Shown: positions 51,845 to 61,624 of the stretch, one piece after another
How positions within the stretch are numbered: the stretch's first letter is position 1
How the letters are laid out: each line of letters begins with the position of its first letter
The notes under the pieces: model-generated
The model's input: the letters and a program-made list of their open reading frames with translations, nothing else
What the model was told of the DNA's origin: nothing
Databases searched by the model: none
Assembly (NCBI GenBank): GCA_042584825.1
Contig: JBHOSK010000001.1
Span: 1,777-65,776, forward strand
DNA from: Candidatus Aenigmatarchaeota archaeon
Lineage (GTDB): Archaea > Aenigmatarchaeota > Aenigmatarchaeia > GW2011-AR5
Reading direction: 5' to 3'
Length of the DNA: 64,000 bases
Position numbers and translations under genes: made by a program

Positions 51845-52159
51845 TTACAACACAACATCATCTTTAGGATTAAATTCAGGAGAACAAATCATAAACCATT
51901 TCATCTTTCCAACAATGTTATACGGTGTATTCTTTGGGATAAAAATTACATCTTCTTTACTAACAACATTTTCTTCATCATTAATAACGAATTTACCTTC
52001 ACCTTCAACAATAAAATAAACTCTATCTTCATTAATACATTTTATTTTCCCATGATCTCCATCTATCTCTATTAGAGCTGCACTAAAATCAGAATTGATT
52101 TTATATTCATCTATTTTCATTGGTCCTCTTTCTTTTCTATCCCCTTTCTTTACTATCAT
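51845..52159 (-). CDS. Cupin domain protein
   Basis: YFIVEGEG...DVIFIPKNTPY. Confidence 0.85.
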   Translation of the reverse strand: MIVKKGDRKERGPMKIDEYKINSDFSAALIEIDGDHGKIKCINEDRVYFIVEGEGKFVINDEENVVSKEDVIFIPKNTPYNIVGKMKWFMICSPEFNPKDDVVL

Positions 52160-52190
52160 AAATTCAATTAGAATTAATTTTATTTAAAAA

Positions 52191-53621
52191 TTACATATCC
52201 ATCCATTTTGGTCCAAACTTATTTTTTTTCTTATCACGTTTTGAATGATATGATCCACCACCAGTATATGCAGGATTTGATGAAGAGTATGTTTGTTCAC
52301 CACCGTATGTCAATCCTTCTGGAACATCAACTTTACCTTTATACCCCTGATCAGTTTCTGATGTTTTAATTTTCGTTGTCTCGGGTTTCCACAATTTGAA
52401 TAATTGTTTATCAAATTCCAAAAAAGCCTTTACCACGTGTTTAATATTAGCCGGCTTAAATCCCGTTTGAAAGCTCCACAAAACCTTTCTTTCTTTTGTA
52501 TCAATTGCATAAAGGTTTGCATCACCACCACCAAAATATAAAACACCGTTCACAATCAACGGCGATGATATTATAATATCACCAGTATCAAATTTCCATA
52601 CAAGTTTTCCATTTTCACCTATACAATACATAGAACCGTCAATAGACGCAACATATATCTTATTGTCATGGAAAATGGGTGTGTTGGTTATTGGACCATC
52701 AGCTTCGAACTTCCAGTTAAGCTTACCATCATAAGTTACAGAGTAAACATGCCTGTCAAAAGAAGAAAAATAAATATTTTTATTATCTAATAGCCCATGA
52801 CTACCAGTCATACCATCTGTTATAAATTTCCATTTAATTTCTCCATTAAGATCAGTACAATAAAAATTATTGTCACGCGAACCAAAATAAACAAAACCGT
52901 TTTCTGTTTTTGGACTTTTTTTATGTGATCGGTCTCTAAAATTCCATATTTCATTACCACGTTCATCAGCAATGACAGGAGAACCAAACCCACCAACAAA
53001 ATTTCCAGCAATAACTTCCCATTTCTTTGCCCCGTCAGGAGACAAACAATAGAATTTTTTATCAAAAGAACCAAAGTAAATATCATTATTTACAACAGCA
53101 GGAGAATTAACAATAGCATCACCAGTAATGAATTCCCATTTTTTCTCACCGCCCGTAGACAAACAATAAAATTTTTTGTCACCAGAACCAAAATATACTC
53201 TATCTTCAACAACACAGGGTGATGAAACTATTCTGTGACCAGTTTTGAATTTCCATAATAACTTCCCTTCAAGTGTCAATGCGTATAGAAAACCATCATA
53301 AGAACCAAAATATACAACACCATCGTGAATAACAGCAGATGAAAATATTACATCCCCAGCTATAAACTTCCACAACTCCTTTCCTGTTTCAGCAGAAAGT
53401 GCATAAAAGTTCTTGTTGCATGCGCCAAAATAAATCACGCCATTATGATAAATAGGAGTAGCCCAAATATTACCGCCTTGCGGCATATCATATGAATTAT
53501 CAAAAGTAGAAAAATCGTGTTTTGGAATTTCTTCCTTCACCCTTTCAATTGCATAATATTTTGTTTCCTCTTCTGGGCTTGGTTGTTCTTCCTTTTGCCT
53601 ACTATCCCTATACCCATCCAT
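52191..53621 (-). CDS. PQQ-like beta-propeller repeat protein (copy 2)
   Basis: Repeats of SSP...VYFGS.D..FY.L..G..KWKF. Confidence 0.92.
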   Translation of the reverse strand: MDGYRDSRQKEEQPSPEEETKYYAIERVKEEIPKHDFSTFDNSYDMPQGGNIWATPIYHNGVIYFGACNKNFYALSAETGKELWKFIAGDVIFSSAVIHDGVVYFGSYDGFLYALTLEGKLLWKFKTGHRIVSSPCVVEDRVYFGSGDKKFYCLSTGGEKKWEFITGDAIVNSPAVVNNDIYFGSFDKKFYCLSPDGAKKWEVIAGNFVGGFGSPVIADERGNEIWNFRDRSHKKSPKTENGFVYFGSRDNNFYCTDLNGEIKWKFITDGMTGSHGLLDNKNIYFSSFDRHVYSVTYDGKLNWKFEADGPITNTPIFHDNKIYVASIDGSMYCIGENGKLVWKFDTGDIIISSPLIVNGVLYFGGGDANLYAIDTKERKVLWSFQTGFKPANIKHVVKAFLEFDKQLFKLWKPETTKIKTSETDQGYKGKVDVPEGLTYGGEQTYSSSNPAYTGGGSYHSKRDKKKNKFGPKWMDM

Positions 53622-53626
53622 AATTA

Positions 53627-55057
53627 TCACATATCCATCCATTTTGGACCAAATTTATTTTTCTTCTTATCACGCTTTGAGTGATATGATCCACCACCAG
53701 TGTATGCAGGATTCGATGATGAATATGTTCGTTCACCACCATATGTCAATCCTTCTGGAACATCAACTTTACCTTTGTATCCACGTTGAGACGCGTCTAC
53801 AGAACCAGAAGCACCACGCGTTTCTGGCTTCCAAACCTTGAATATTTTTTTATCAAACTCTGTTATAACATTAATATTTCTTTTTACATTTGATTGAAAC
53901 CCCTGACCAGTTTGAAATGTCCATAAAACATCACGTGTATCCATATCAAGAGCATATAGAAAAGTATCCATCGATCCAAAGATAATCATATTTTTATGTA
54001 TTATTGGTGAGGAACCGACAATACCACCAGTGTTAAACTTCCACAATGTTTCGCCCTCAGTTGAAACAGCATAAAAATTCTTGTCAAAGGAACCAAAGTA
54101 AACAACGTTATTATGAATAAACGGAGACGATATTATAGGCCCACCCGATTCAAATTTCCATCTAAAATCACCATTAAGTGTTAATGCATACAGATGTCTG
54201 TCAAGTGAACCAAAATACACAGAACCATTAGAAGCAAAAGGCGCAGAAAGAGGCGCACCATCAAACATCTTTTTCCATAACAACTTTCCATCCAATGACA
54301 CAGAATAGATATTTTTATCTAAAGAACCAAACAGAACAGAACCGTCTTTAACTGTTGGTGATTTTTTATGACATCGTTGTCTAAAAGAAGATATTGAGTT
54401 TTTGTCAACAAGAATTGGACTTGTAAATATATGATTAAAAGCAGGGAATTTCCATTGTAAACTTCCATCATCAGACAAACAATACATATTTTTATCCTTT
54501 GATCCTATGAATATCATATCATTTGCAACCGCAGCTGTTGTATCAAACGGTCCATCTGCTTCAAATTTCCACAACAAATCACCATCAAAAGACAGTGAAT
54601 AGAAAAAATTATCACCACCGCCGATGTAAATTCTATCTCCAACAATTACTGGAGAGTCAACAATTTTATTCCCAGTTTTATATTTCCATAATAATTTTCC
54701 ATTATCAGCAGAAAGACAATATATAAAACCATCAAAGGAAGCAACAAAAAGCTTGTCATCAACAATAGTTGGTGAAGATATTACCACTCCACCAGTTCTA
54801 TATTGCCATTTCATTTTTCCATCAAGATCAAGAGCATAAACATATTGATCACACCCACCAAAATATATTGTATCATTATATAGAAACGCGCTTGAACCAA
54901 TACTACCACTTACTTCTATGTCCCATATATCATCAAAACCAGGTTCTTTTGTTTCTTGTTTCGGATCTTCCTTTCTTTTTATAGCATAATATTTTTCTTC
55001 TTTCTCGTTCAACCCCTTCTCTGATTCATCCGATATATCAGATTTATACCCGTCCAT
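53627..55057 (-). CDS. PQQ-like beta-propeller repeat protein (copy 1)
   Basis: Same repeat pattern, near-identical C-terminal tail. Confidence 0.92.
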   Translation of the reverse strand: MDGYKSDISDESEKGLNEKEEKYYAIKRKEDPKQETKEPGFDDIWDIEVSGSIGSSAFLYNDTIYFGGCDQYVYALDLDGKMKWQYRTGGVVISSPTIVDDKLFVASFDGFIYCLSADNGKLLWKYKTGNKIVDSPVIVGDRIYIGGGDNFFYSLSFDGDLLWKFEADGPFDTTAAVANDMIFIGSKDKNMYCLSDDGSLQWKFPAFNHIFTSPILVDKNSISSFRQRCHKKSPTVKDGSVLFGSLDKNIYSVSLDGKLLWKKMFDGAPLSAPFASNGSVYFGSLDRHLYALTLNGDFRWKFESGGPIISSPFIHNNVVYFGSFDKNFYAVSTEGETLWKFNTGGIVGSSPIIHKNMIIFGSMDTFLYALDMDTRDVLWTFQTGQGFQSNVKRNINVITEFDKKIFKVWKPETRGASGSVDASQRGYKGKVDVPEGLTYGGERTYSSSNPAYTGGGSYHSKRDKKKNKFGPKWMDM

Positions 55058-55112
55058 ATTTTCAACTTGAAATAGAACCTTTATAAAACTAAACAGTCAA
55101 GAATTGTGTTAT

Positions 55113-55185
55113 GGGCTGATAGATCAATTGGAAGATCGCTACCCTTGCAAGGTAGAGGCTCCGGGTTCGAGTCCCGGTCGGTCCA
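55113..55185 (+). tRNA. tRNA-Ala(TGC)
   Basis: CTACC-CTTGCAA-GGTAG; G3-U70 identity pair. Confidence 0.96.
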
Positions 55186-55212
55186 TATTTTTTATTCAGT
55201 AAGATGATAAAT

Positions 55213-56001
55213 ATGTCACAAGAAAAAATTTTCATTGAAAACCACGGACAAAAACTTGCAGCTGTGATGCACGTACCAGTTGATCCGACAAAGGTCGGCA
55301 TAATACTTGTACACGGATTCACAAGCAGTAAAAGAGAAGAAGCAGGTGATAAGTATGCTCGTCTTGCAGACGCTTTATGTAATAAAGGGTTTCTTGTACT
55401 TCGTTTTGACTTTCGTGGTCATGGTGAAAGTGAAGGCTTATTTGAAGATACTTCTTTATCATCGGAGTCAAGCGATCTAAACAAAATGATTTCATTCTTA
55501 AAAGAAAATGGGATTGAAAAAATTGGTGTTGTTGGATGCAGTTTAGGAGGATTTGTAACTTTGTTAACCTACCACAACAACATGGATTGTGTTGTGCTTT
55601 GGTACCCTGCTATATTTCTGAAAGAGTCTGACATATTCAAAGAAATGAAGTCTCGTGAAAAAGAACTGGAAAAAGACGGCAAATTATTTGCCAGACAACT
55701 TGAAGGAAAGAAATATTACATAGGTAAACAAATGTGGGAAGAGTGGAATAGCATAGATGTTTTTTCAAAAGTAAAAGATGTAAAATGTCCTATATTATTT
55801 TTAACAGGAAATAAAGATGTGAACGTTGATCCCAGCCAATCAGAAAAAGCTTTTGCTGTTGCTTCTGAGCCCAAAAGGCTCGAAATAATAGATGGTGCAG
55901 CACATGCATGGAGAGACGAAGATTGGAATTTAGTTGAAGGCTATTTCTTGCACGCAACGAAACTTACAGTTGACTGGTTTGTAGAGTGGCTAAAACCCTA
56001 A
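55213..56001 (+). CDS. Alpha/beta hydrolase
   Basis: HGF, FDFRGHGES, GCSLGG, D and H of the catalytic triad. Confidence 0.92.
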   Translation: MSQEKIFIENHGQKLAAVMHVPVDPTKVGIILVHGFTSSKREEAGDKYARLADALCNKGFLVLRFDFRGHGESEGLFEDTSLSSESSDLNKMISFLKENGIEKIGVVGCSLGGFVTLLTYHNNMDCVVLWYPAIFLKESDIFKEMKSREKELEKDGKLFARQLEGKKYYIGKQMWEEWNSIDVFSKVKDVKCPILFLTGNKDVNVDPSQSEKAFAVASEPKRLEIIDGAAHAWRDEDWNLVEGYFLHATKLTVDWFVEWLKP

Positions 56002-56008
56002 CATAAGA

Positions 56009-56890
56009 AAAACCTTTTAATACGGTCGAGCATGAATTCTTAGTATGAAGTTTATGATTATAGCAATAACAATTGCATCTATATTATTAATTAGTGGATG
56101 CACTACACAACCCAATAATGATGAAAACAGTGCAGCAAGATCAGCAATGGAAATTGGATGGTTATTTGATATTGATTCTGGTGAAAAATACTTTGTAAGT
56201 ATTGGTTATTATCAAAACATAATGGACAAGGTTTATACACAAGAAGAAATAATTCAACTTAGTGGTAGCTTAGAACCAACAATAACTCACACACAAGAAG
56301 AATGGCTTGCAAGTTGTGAAGAATTACAATTACAAATGTACGTAAGAGAATGTTCAGAAGAAGGATGGCAAACAGAATGTTCTGGAAGTAATGAAAAACC
56401 ATGTCTAAGCTCTTTTGAATATTGGCAAAGCATGTGCGAATCAGCCAATGCTCGTGCAAGAAGTTGCATGGATCATCAATATTGGTATTATGAACCAATC
56501 TTAATTCAATACATGGAAGAAAACGGAATCGAAGGTGAAATAATTGATGCTGTTGTGGCTTATTTCCCAATAACTGGTACAGGTTTACATCCAGGAACTT
56601 ATGGCGATAACAGAATATATTGTCAAGAAGACCAAAGAGGTGTAGGTGCTTGTACAATGGATTACACACCAGTTTGTGGTTTCTCAGATGACGGGTCAGA
56701 AACCTATTCTAATGGCTGTGTTGCATGCACCAACGAGAACGTAAATTACTACATTCCAGGCGAATGCTGAAAACCTTTTAATACGGTCGAGCATGAATTC
56801 TTATCATGAAGTTTATGATTATAGCAATAGCAATTGCGTCTATATTAATAATAAGTGGATGTACTACACAACCCAACAACAATGAAAACA
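56009..56890 (+). repeat. About 121-bp imperfect direct repeat (56009-56129 and 56770-56890) covering promoter and signal peptide
   Basis: AAAACCTTTTAATACGGTCGAGCATGAATTCTTA..ATGAAGTTTATGATTATAGCAATA... occurs twice, 761 bp apart. Confidence 0.92.
56045..56770 (+). CDS. Lipoprotein with C-terminal Kazal-like domain
   Basis: ISGC lipobox; CTMDYTPVCG...TYSNGCVAC...GEC. Confidence 0.85.
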   Translation: MKFMIIAITIASILLISGCTTQPNNDENSAARSAMEIGWLFDIDSGEKYFVSIGYYQNIMDKVYTQEEIIQLSGSLEPTITHTQEEWLASCEELQLQMYVRECSEEGWQTECSGSNEKPCLSSFEYWQSMCESANARARSCMDHQYWYYEPILIQYMEENGIEGEIIDAVVAYFPITGTGLHPGTYGDNRIYCQEDQRGVGACTMDYTPVCGFSDDGSETYSNGCVACTNENVNYYIPGEC

Positions 56891-57207
56891 ACAGCCCAAC
56901 AAATAACTGCAATTACGATGATCCACACAGGAACTATATAAGCAAAGATCCGGAACGATGTGCAGTAATGGATTTTGGATGTATGCCACCTTCTACAGGA
57001 TTTGACGATGAATGTGGTTGTGGTTGTGAAACCATCGGTGATGAAATACAATGTACAGAAAAAGAGATGGATCCAGCATGTATAGCTATATATGAACCTG
57101 TTTGTGGCTACACAGGCGTTGGTCACAGCTATAATTATCCTAATGAATGTGTAGCATGCAAGATGTCAGCTGTTTTCTATTACATCCCAGGCGAATGCCC
57201 AGAATAA
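56806..57207 (+). CDS. Lipoprotein with Cys-rich and Kazal-like domains
   Basis: ISGC lipobox; F.DECGCGC; CIAIYEPVCG...NYPNECVAC...GEC. Confidence 0.85.
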   Translation: MKFMIIAIAIASILIISGCTTQPNNNENNSPTNNCNYDDPHRNYISKDPERCAVMDFGCMPPSTGFDDECGCGCETIGDEIQCTEKEMDPACIAIYEPVCGYTGVGHSYNYPNECVACKMSAVFYYIPGECPE

Positions 57208-57549
57208 ATAAGCTTTTAAACTTTTCTCATTAAATAATGTAAGTTGTGGGGGTCAGAAATCCTTGCATTTCTAAGAAAATAGCGTATGAAAATACGTTGA
57301 TACAGTTAATAGGTAAATACCGAAGCTGTTCAGAGTCAGCTTCGTAATGTGGCAGGTTGCGTTGTTGTGGTAGAGGTTGAGTGAATATGAAAACAAAAAA
57401 AATCATTTCATCTTTTTCTGAGCAGATTTCAGTATGTACAATGAGCAAGAGATGTTAATACCGTCTATGTTCAAGACAGCTCACAAGCAAACGCTTGTTG
57501 GGTGGTGTGCAATAGGTTAATTGTATTAATCAAACAATATAACCGATGA

Positions 57550-57576
57550 AGCAATCACAAGTACCAGAACAAAGAT
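57550..57576 (+). other. 5' arm of the 23S processing stem (pairs with 60586-60609)
   Basis: AGCAATCACAAGTACCAGAA is the exact reverse complement of 60590-60609. Confidence 0.88.
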
Positions 57577-57577
57577 A

Positions 57578-60540
57578 GCTAGCTCCCACGCTATTTGGTG
57601 GATGGATTGGTTCAAGTAGAGATGAAGGTCGTGGTAAGCTGCGATAAGCCTGGGCGAGACGCATGCAGTCTTTGAACTCAGGATTGCCGAATGGGACATC
57701 CCATTTACTTGCAATCGGTGCAAACTGGTTGTAAGGTCGTACGCGGAGAATTGAAACATCTTAGTAACCGCAGGAAGAGAAAGCAAAAGCGATGCCGTCA
57801 GTAAAGGCGATTGAAATCGGCATAGAACAAACCGAATCTGCCTTGAGAGAGAGCAGAGATGTGGGGTTTGGACTTGGGTTGTGCCTAATCAGCCAGTCTG
57901 AAGTGTGCTGGAAAGCACCGCGATAAAGGGTGATAGCCCCGTAAGAGAAAGTTGAAAGGTATATACCAAGTATCCAGAGTATGGCTCATCTGATTTTGAG
58001 TCAGAATACAGGAGACATCTACTCCTAATTCTAAACATAACTTGAGTCCGATAGTGTATTAGTACTGTGAGGGAAATCTGAAAAGTAACCTTAATAGGTG
58101 CTGAAAAGAACCTGAAACCATGTAGCTAGAGTAGGACGGGTAAGGCCATCGCAAGATGGAAGAATCCGTTGTCCGTTTCGAAAAACGGGGCAGGGAGTTT
58201 ATCTTACTGGCAAGGTTAATTTATTGTAGCCATAGGGAAACCGAGTGTGAAAACGCGTTAAGTCAGTAGGGTAAGACCCGAAACCTGACGATCTATTCCT
58301 GGGCAAGATGAAGGCGTGGGAAACCGCGCTCGAGGTCTGCCACTGGTGTTGGTACTAACCACTCAGGTGACCTGGGAATAGGGGTGAAAAGCCAATCGAG
58401 TCGGGTAATAGCTGGTTCCTCCTGAAATGTATCGGAGTACAGCCTCATCTGTATTTGTTAGTGGAGTAGAGCACTGATTAGGTAACCAAGGGGAGAAATC
58501 CCCAGTTATCTTGTCAAACTCCAAACACATTAACATTTGGATGGGAGTGAGGGCGTCTGGAGTAAGTTTGACGTCCGAGAGGGAAACAACCCAGACCGTA
58601 GTTAAGGCCCCCAAATATCGATTAAGTGTAATTGAAAGTTGTCTTGAACCACAGACAATGGGAAGGTTGGCTTAGAAGCAGCCATCCTTTAAACAACGCG
58701 TAACAGCGGACCCATCAAGGTTTGTGGCGCTGAAAATGGACGGGACTAAATCGATTGCCGATACTACGGAGTTATACATCTGTATAACTGGTAAGGAGGC
58801 GTACTGTTAGGGCAGAAGCATCTGCGTAAGTGGGTGTGGACCTTTCAGTAATGAAGATCCTGCCGGGAGTAGCATGCAAGTTGGGTGAGAATCCCAACCA
58901 CCTTAGGGGCCAGGGTTCCCCAGTAAATCTTATATGCTGGGGGTTAGTCGGTCCTAACCGAATCCTTAAGAAGGCATTCGGGAAAGGGAATGGCGTTAAT
59001 ATTCGTCAACTATTTAGTAACTATCTTGTCTGAGACATTTCAGGATATCTTGACTAGGATCATCGTCCTAGTTAAGCATTGAAACATGGGGAGTGGCGTA
59101 ATGTCGAGAACCGTGTGAATGTGCGAATAGCTTGGTGTATGCTGAGTTCAGGAGATTCCTGGAATCCGTGAAAATCAGACAAGTAACTATGCTAAATATC
59201 CGTACTCAGAACCGACACAGGTGCCCCTCGCTGAGTAGGCGAAGGTGTTCGGAATAATCAACCTTAGGGAATTCGGCAAGTTAGCCATGTATCTTAGGTA
59301 CAAGTGGTGCCAGATTCGAGAGAATCTGGTCGCAGTGACAAGGGAAATCCGACTGTTTAACAAAAACGTAGTTGGCTGCTAAGCAGAAATGCCTTGTATA
59401 GCCAATGAGTCGTGGCCACTAGTGGTGTGTGAAAGCCGATTCCAATCGGAAGAAGCCCCACTGTAGGCCGGCCCTAACTCTGAGGGTCTTAAGGTAGCGT
59501 AATCCCTTGCCGATTAATTGTCGGCCCGCATGATAGATTCACGAGATTTCCATTGTCCCAAGGTTGACTCCGGCGAAACTATTGTTCTGGTGATTAGGCC
59601 AGAGACCTCTAGTGGGAAGAGTAGACCCCGTGGAGCTTTACTGCAGGCTGTTGTTGCGGTAGAGATGTGAATGTATAGCGTAGGTAGGAGCTTCGGCACC
59701 AATGTAACACTACCCTTTCATGTCTCTACTGCTCATACGGAGCAAATTCGTAGACATCGACAGTTAGGCAGTTTGACTGGGGCGGTACGCCCTTGAAAGA
59801 ATATCAAGGGCCCTCTAAGCTCAACTTATCAGGGTCAGAAATCCTGAGTTAAGTGTAAGGATAAAAGTTGGGTTGATTGGACTTCTACAAGCATGATGTC
59901 CAACCGCGAAAGCGTGACCTAGCGATACGCAGTTTGGCCTAGATGGCTGGCTGTGACATGAGAAAAGCTACCCCGGGGATAATGGTGTCGTAGCGGGTGA
60001 GAGTTCTTATCCGCGGCTACGAGACTAGTGTCTATTCCTCACTAAAGAGAATGACTAGACAAACATAGGTAAACGTAGCTATAGCGTTGATAGTGTAAAG
60101 TCGATTTTCCTAGCACATCAAGTGCGATGCGGAGAACAAATCGACCCCGCGTGTTGCGGCGTCGCTGTCGGCTCGCCCTCTCCTGGCTGTGCAGCAGCAG
60201 CCAAGGGTACTGGAGTCCACAGGTTAAAAGGGCACGTTAGCTGGGTTCAGAACGGCGTGAGCCAGTTTGGTCTATATCTGCTAGAGGTGTTGCTGTCTGA
60301 GGGGAAGGAAGGATAAGTACGAAAGGAACATCCTTCCGTGGCTTCTGGTTTATCTGTTGTCTGACAAGGCAGTGCAGAGTAGCTACGCCACGTTTGATAA
60401 GTGCTGAAAGCATCTAAGCACGAAGCAGCTCTCGAAAAGAGACAGCTTGGCACCGACAAGACGATCGGTTATGGGACAGGGATGTAAGTATCGAGCTTCG
60501 GCGAGATATTAAGTCCACTGTACCCTACGCCAATGCTAGC
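57578..60540 (+). rRNA. rrl: 23S rRNA with one intron (ends approximate)
   Basis: TGGTGGATG, GAAACATCTTAGTA, TAAGGTAGC, GACTGGGGCGG, sarcin-ricin loop, CTGAAAGCATCTAAG. Confidence 0.99.
60009..60139 (+). other. 23S intron, 131 nt, BHB, in helix 89 after E. coli position about 2477
   Basis: GA-GTTC-tta-TCCGC...GCGGA-GAAC-aaa-TC; removal restores GAGTTCTTATCGACCCC. Confidence 0.95.
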
Positions 60541-60647
60541 CTTTAAAGCGCAGAAGTTGCGGCTTTTGCGAAGACCAATTAATTGGTCTTTCTGGTACTT
60601 GTGATTGCTGATTTTCTTTTTTAAAGTTTTACTGACTAGCTCTTGCT

Positions 60648-60866
60648 ATGTCAGATAGGATGAATATAAAATTGCGCAGACGCGAATTACATAGAACAAG
60701 CCCTTCAATGAGCATACCATTTTCAGATCATCCTGAAATAGAACCAGAATATCAAAGACAAACAGTTACTGTTGTACGTCGTGGGAGAAATCTTTATGTT
60801 GGTAAAAACAGATTAAGAGGAAAAACAGAAATATATGCCCTATCTTTTTTTCAAGAAGATTTATAA
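60648..60866 (+). CDS. Small Arg-rich hypothetical protein
   Basis: 72 aa ORF with TTTAAA upstream. Confidence 0.5.
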   Translation: MSDRMNIKLRRRELHRTSPSMSIPFSDHPEIEPEYQRQTVTVVRRGRNLYVGKNRLRGKTEIYALSFFQEDL

Positions 60867-60996
60867 TTAATTTTATTTACTTCTTAATAATGAAAATAAA
60901 CTAAAAGGTAAATTTGAAGACTGCACTAATATTTCAGATTTGTACCAAAACACACTATATAAACAAAGTCATATTAAATAACAGGTCGTGAAAATT

Positions 60997-61170
60997 ATGA
61001 AATGTATTGTATGTGATATGGAAACAAAATTATACGAAATTAAAAACGATGTAAAGGCTTGTTTTTGTTTTGAACATTTCCTTTCATCCGTTGAACAACT
61101 AGGTCAAGAAGAAATTGAAAAATTGAACTGTAATATGGGAAAACAAAAAATAGTATGTGAGATTTATTAA
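60997..61170 (+). CDS. Small putative zinc-binding protein
   Basis: CxxC...CFC.EH. Confidence 0.55.
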   Translation: MKCIVCDMETKLYEIKNDVKACFCFEHFLSSVEQLGQEEIEKLNCNMGKQKIVCEIY

Positions 61171-61221
61171 TTTTTATTAAACTTTTATACTATTTGATTT
61201 AATTATTATTGAGTGTTGTAT

Positions 61222-61623
61222 ATGAAAATGCCAGGAAAATACGCGACATGTATTTTGTTAATATATCTTATAATTATAGTAGGATCTCTTATCTACTTTG
61301 GATACATGCAATCCTTTGGATCAAAAGGATTGCAATTTCAGATAGCAGGAAAGGACTCTTTCGTAACGATATTCGATCTTCTAATTATTGCTGTTATACC
61401 CGTAGCACTTATTTTATTCATCATATCAGCAATAGCGTTTAATAGAAGACGAGATTTTCGTTTGTTTTTGGTGTCTGTAGCTTTTTTCTTTTTTGTTGTA
61501 AAAGAATTTCTATTCTTGTTTGAAAACTTCTTTCCAAATGAGTTTATTTTCATACACAACGCTGAACGCGCATTAGAATTACTAATACTGCTATCTTTCG
61601 TTTTTTTAATGTATAGAAAATAA
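61222..61623 (+). CDS. Hypothetical membrane protein (4 TM)
   Basis: Hydrophobic helices; directly upstream of the wHTH gene. Confidence 0.7.
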   Translation: MKMPGKYATCILLIYLIIIVGSLIYFGYMQSFGSKGLQFQIAGKDSFVTIFDLLIIAVIPVALILFIISAIAFNRRRDFRLFLVSVAFFFFVVKEFLFLFENFFPNEFIFIHNAERALELLILLSFVFLMYRK

Positions 61624-61624
61624 T

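Noticed and set aside
57245..57525. SRP RNA or 5S rRNA in the 23S upstream region
   Set aside because: No SRP helix 8 motif or 5S signature on either strand.
60016..60125. Nested BHB intron inside the 23S intron
   Set aside because: Tried registers around GTCTA/TAGAC-AAA; none gives a 4-bp helix with two 3-nt bulges and flanking stems.
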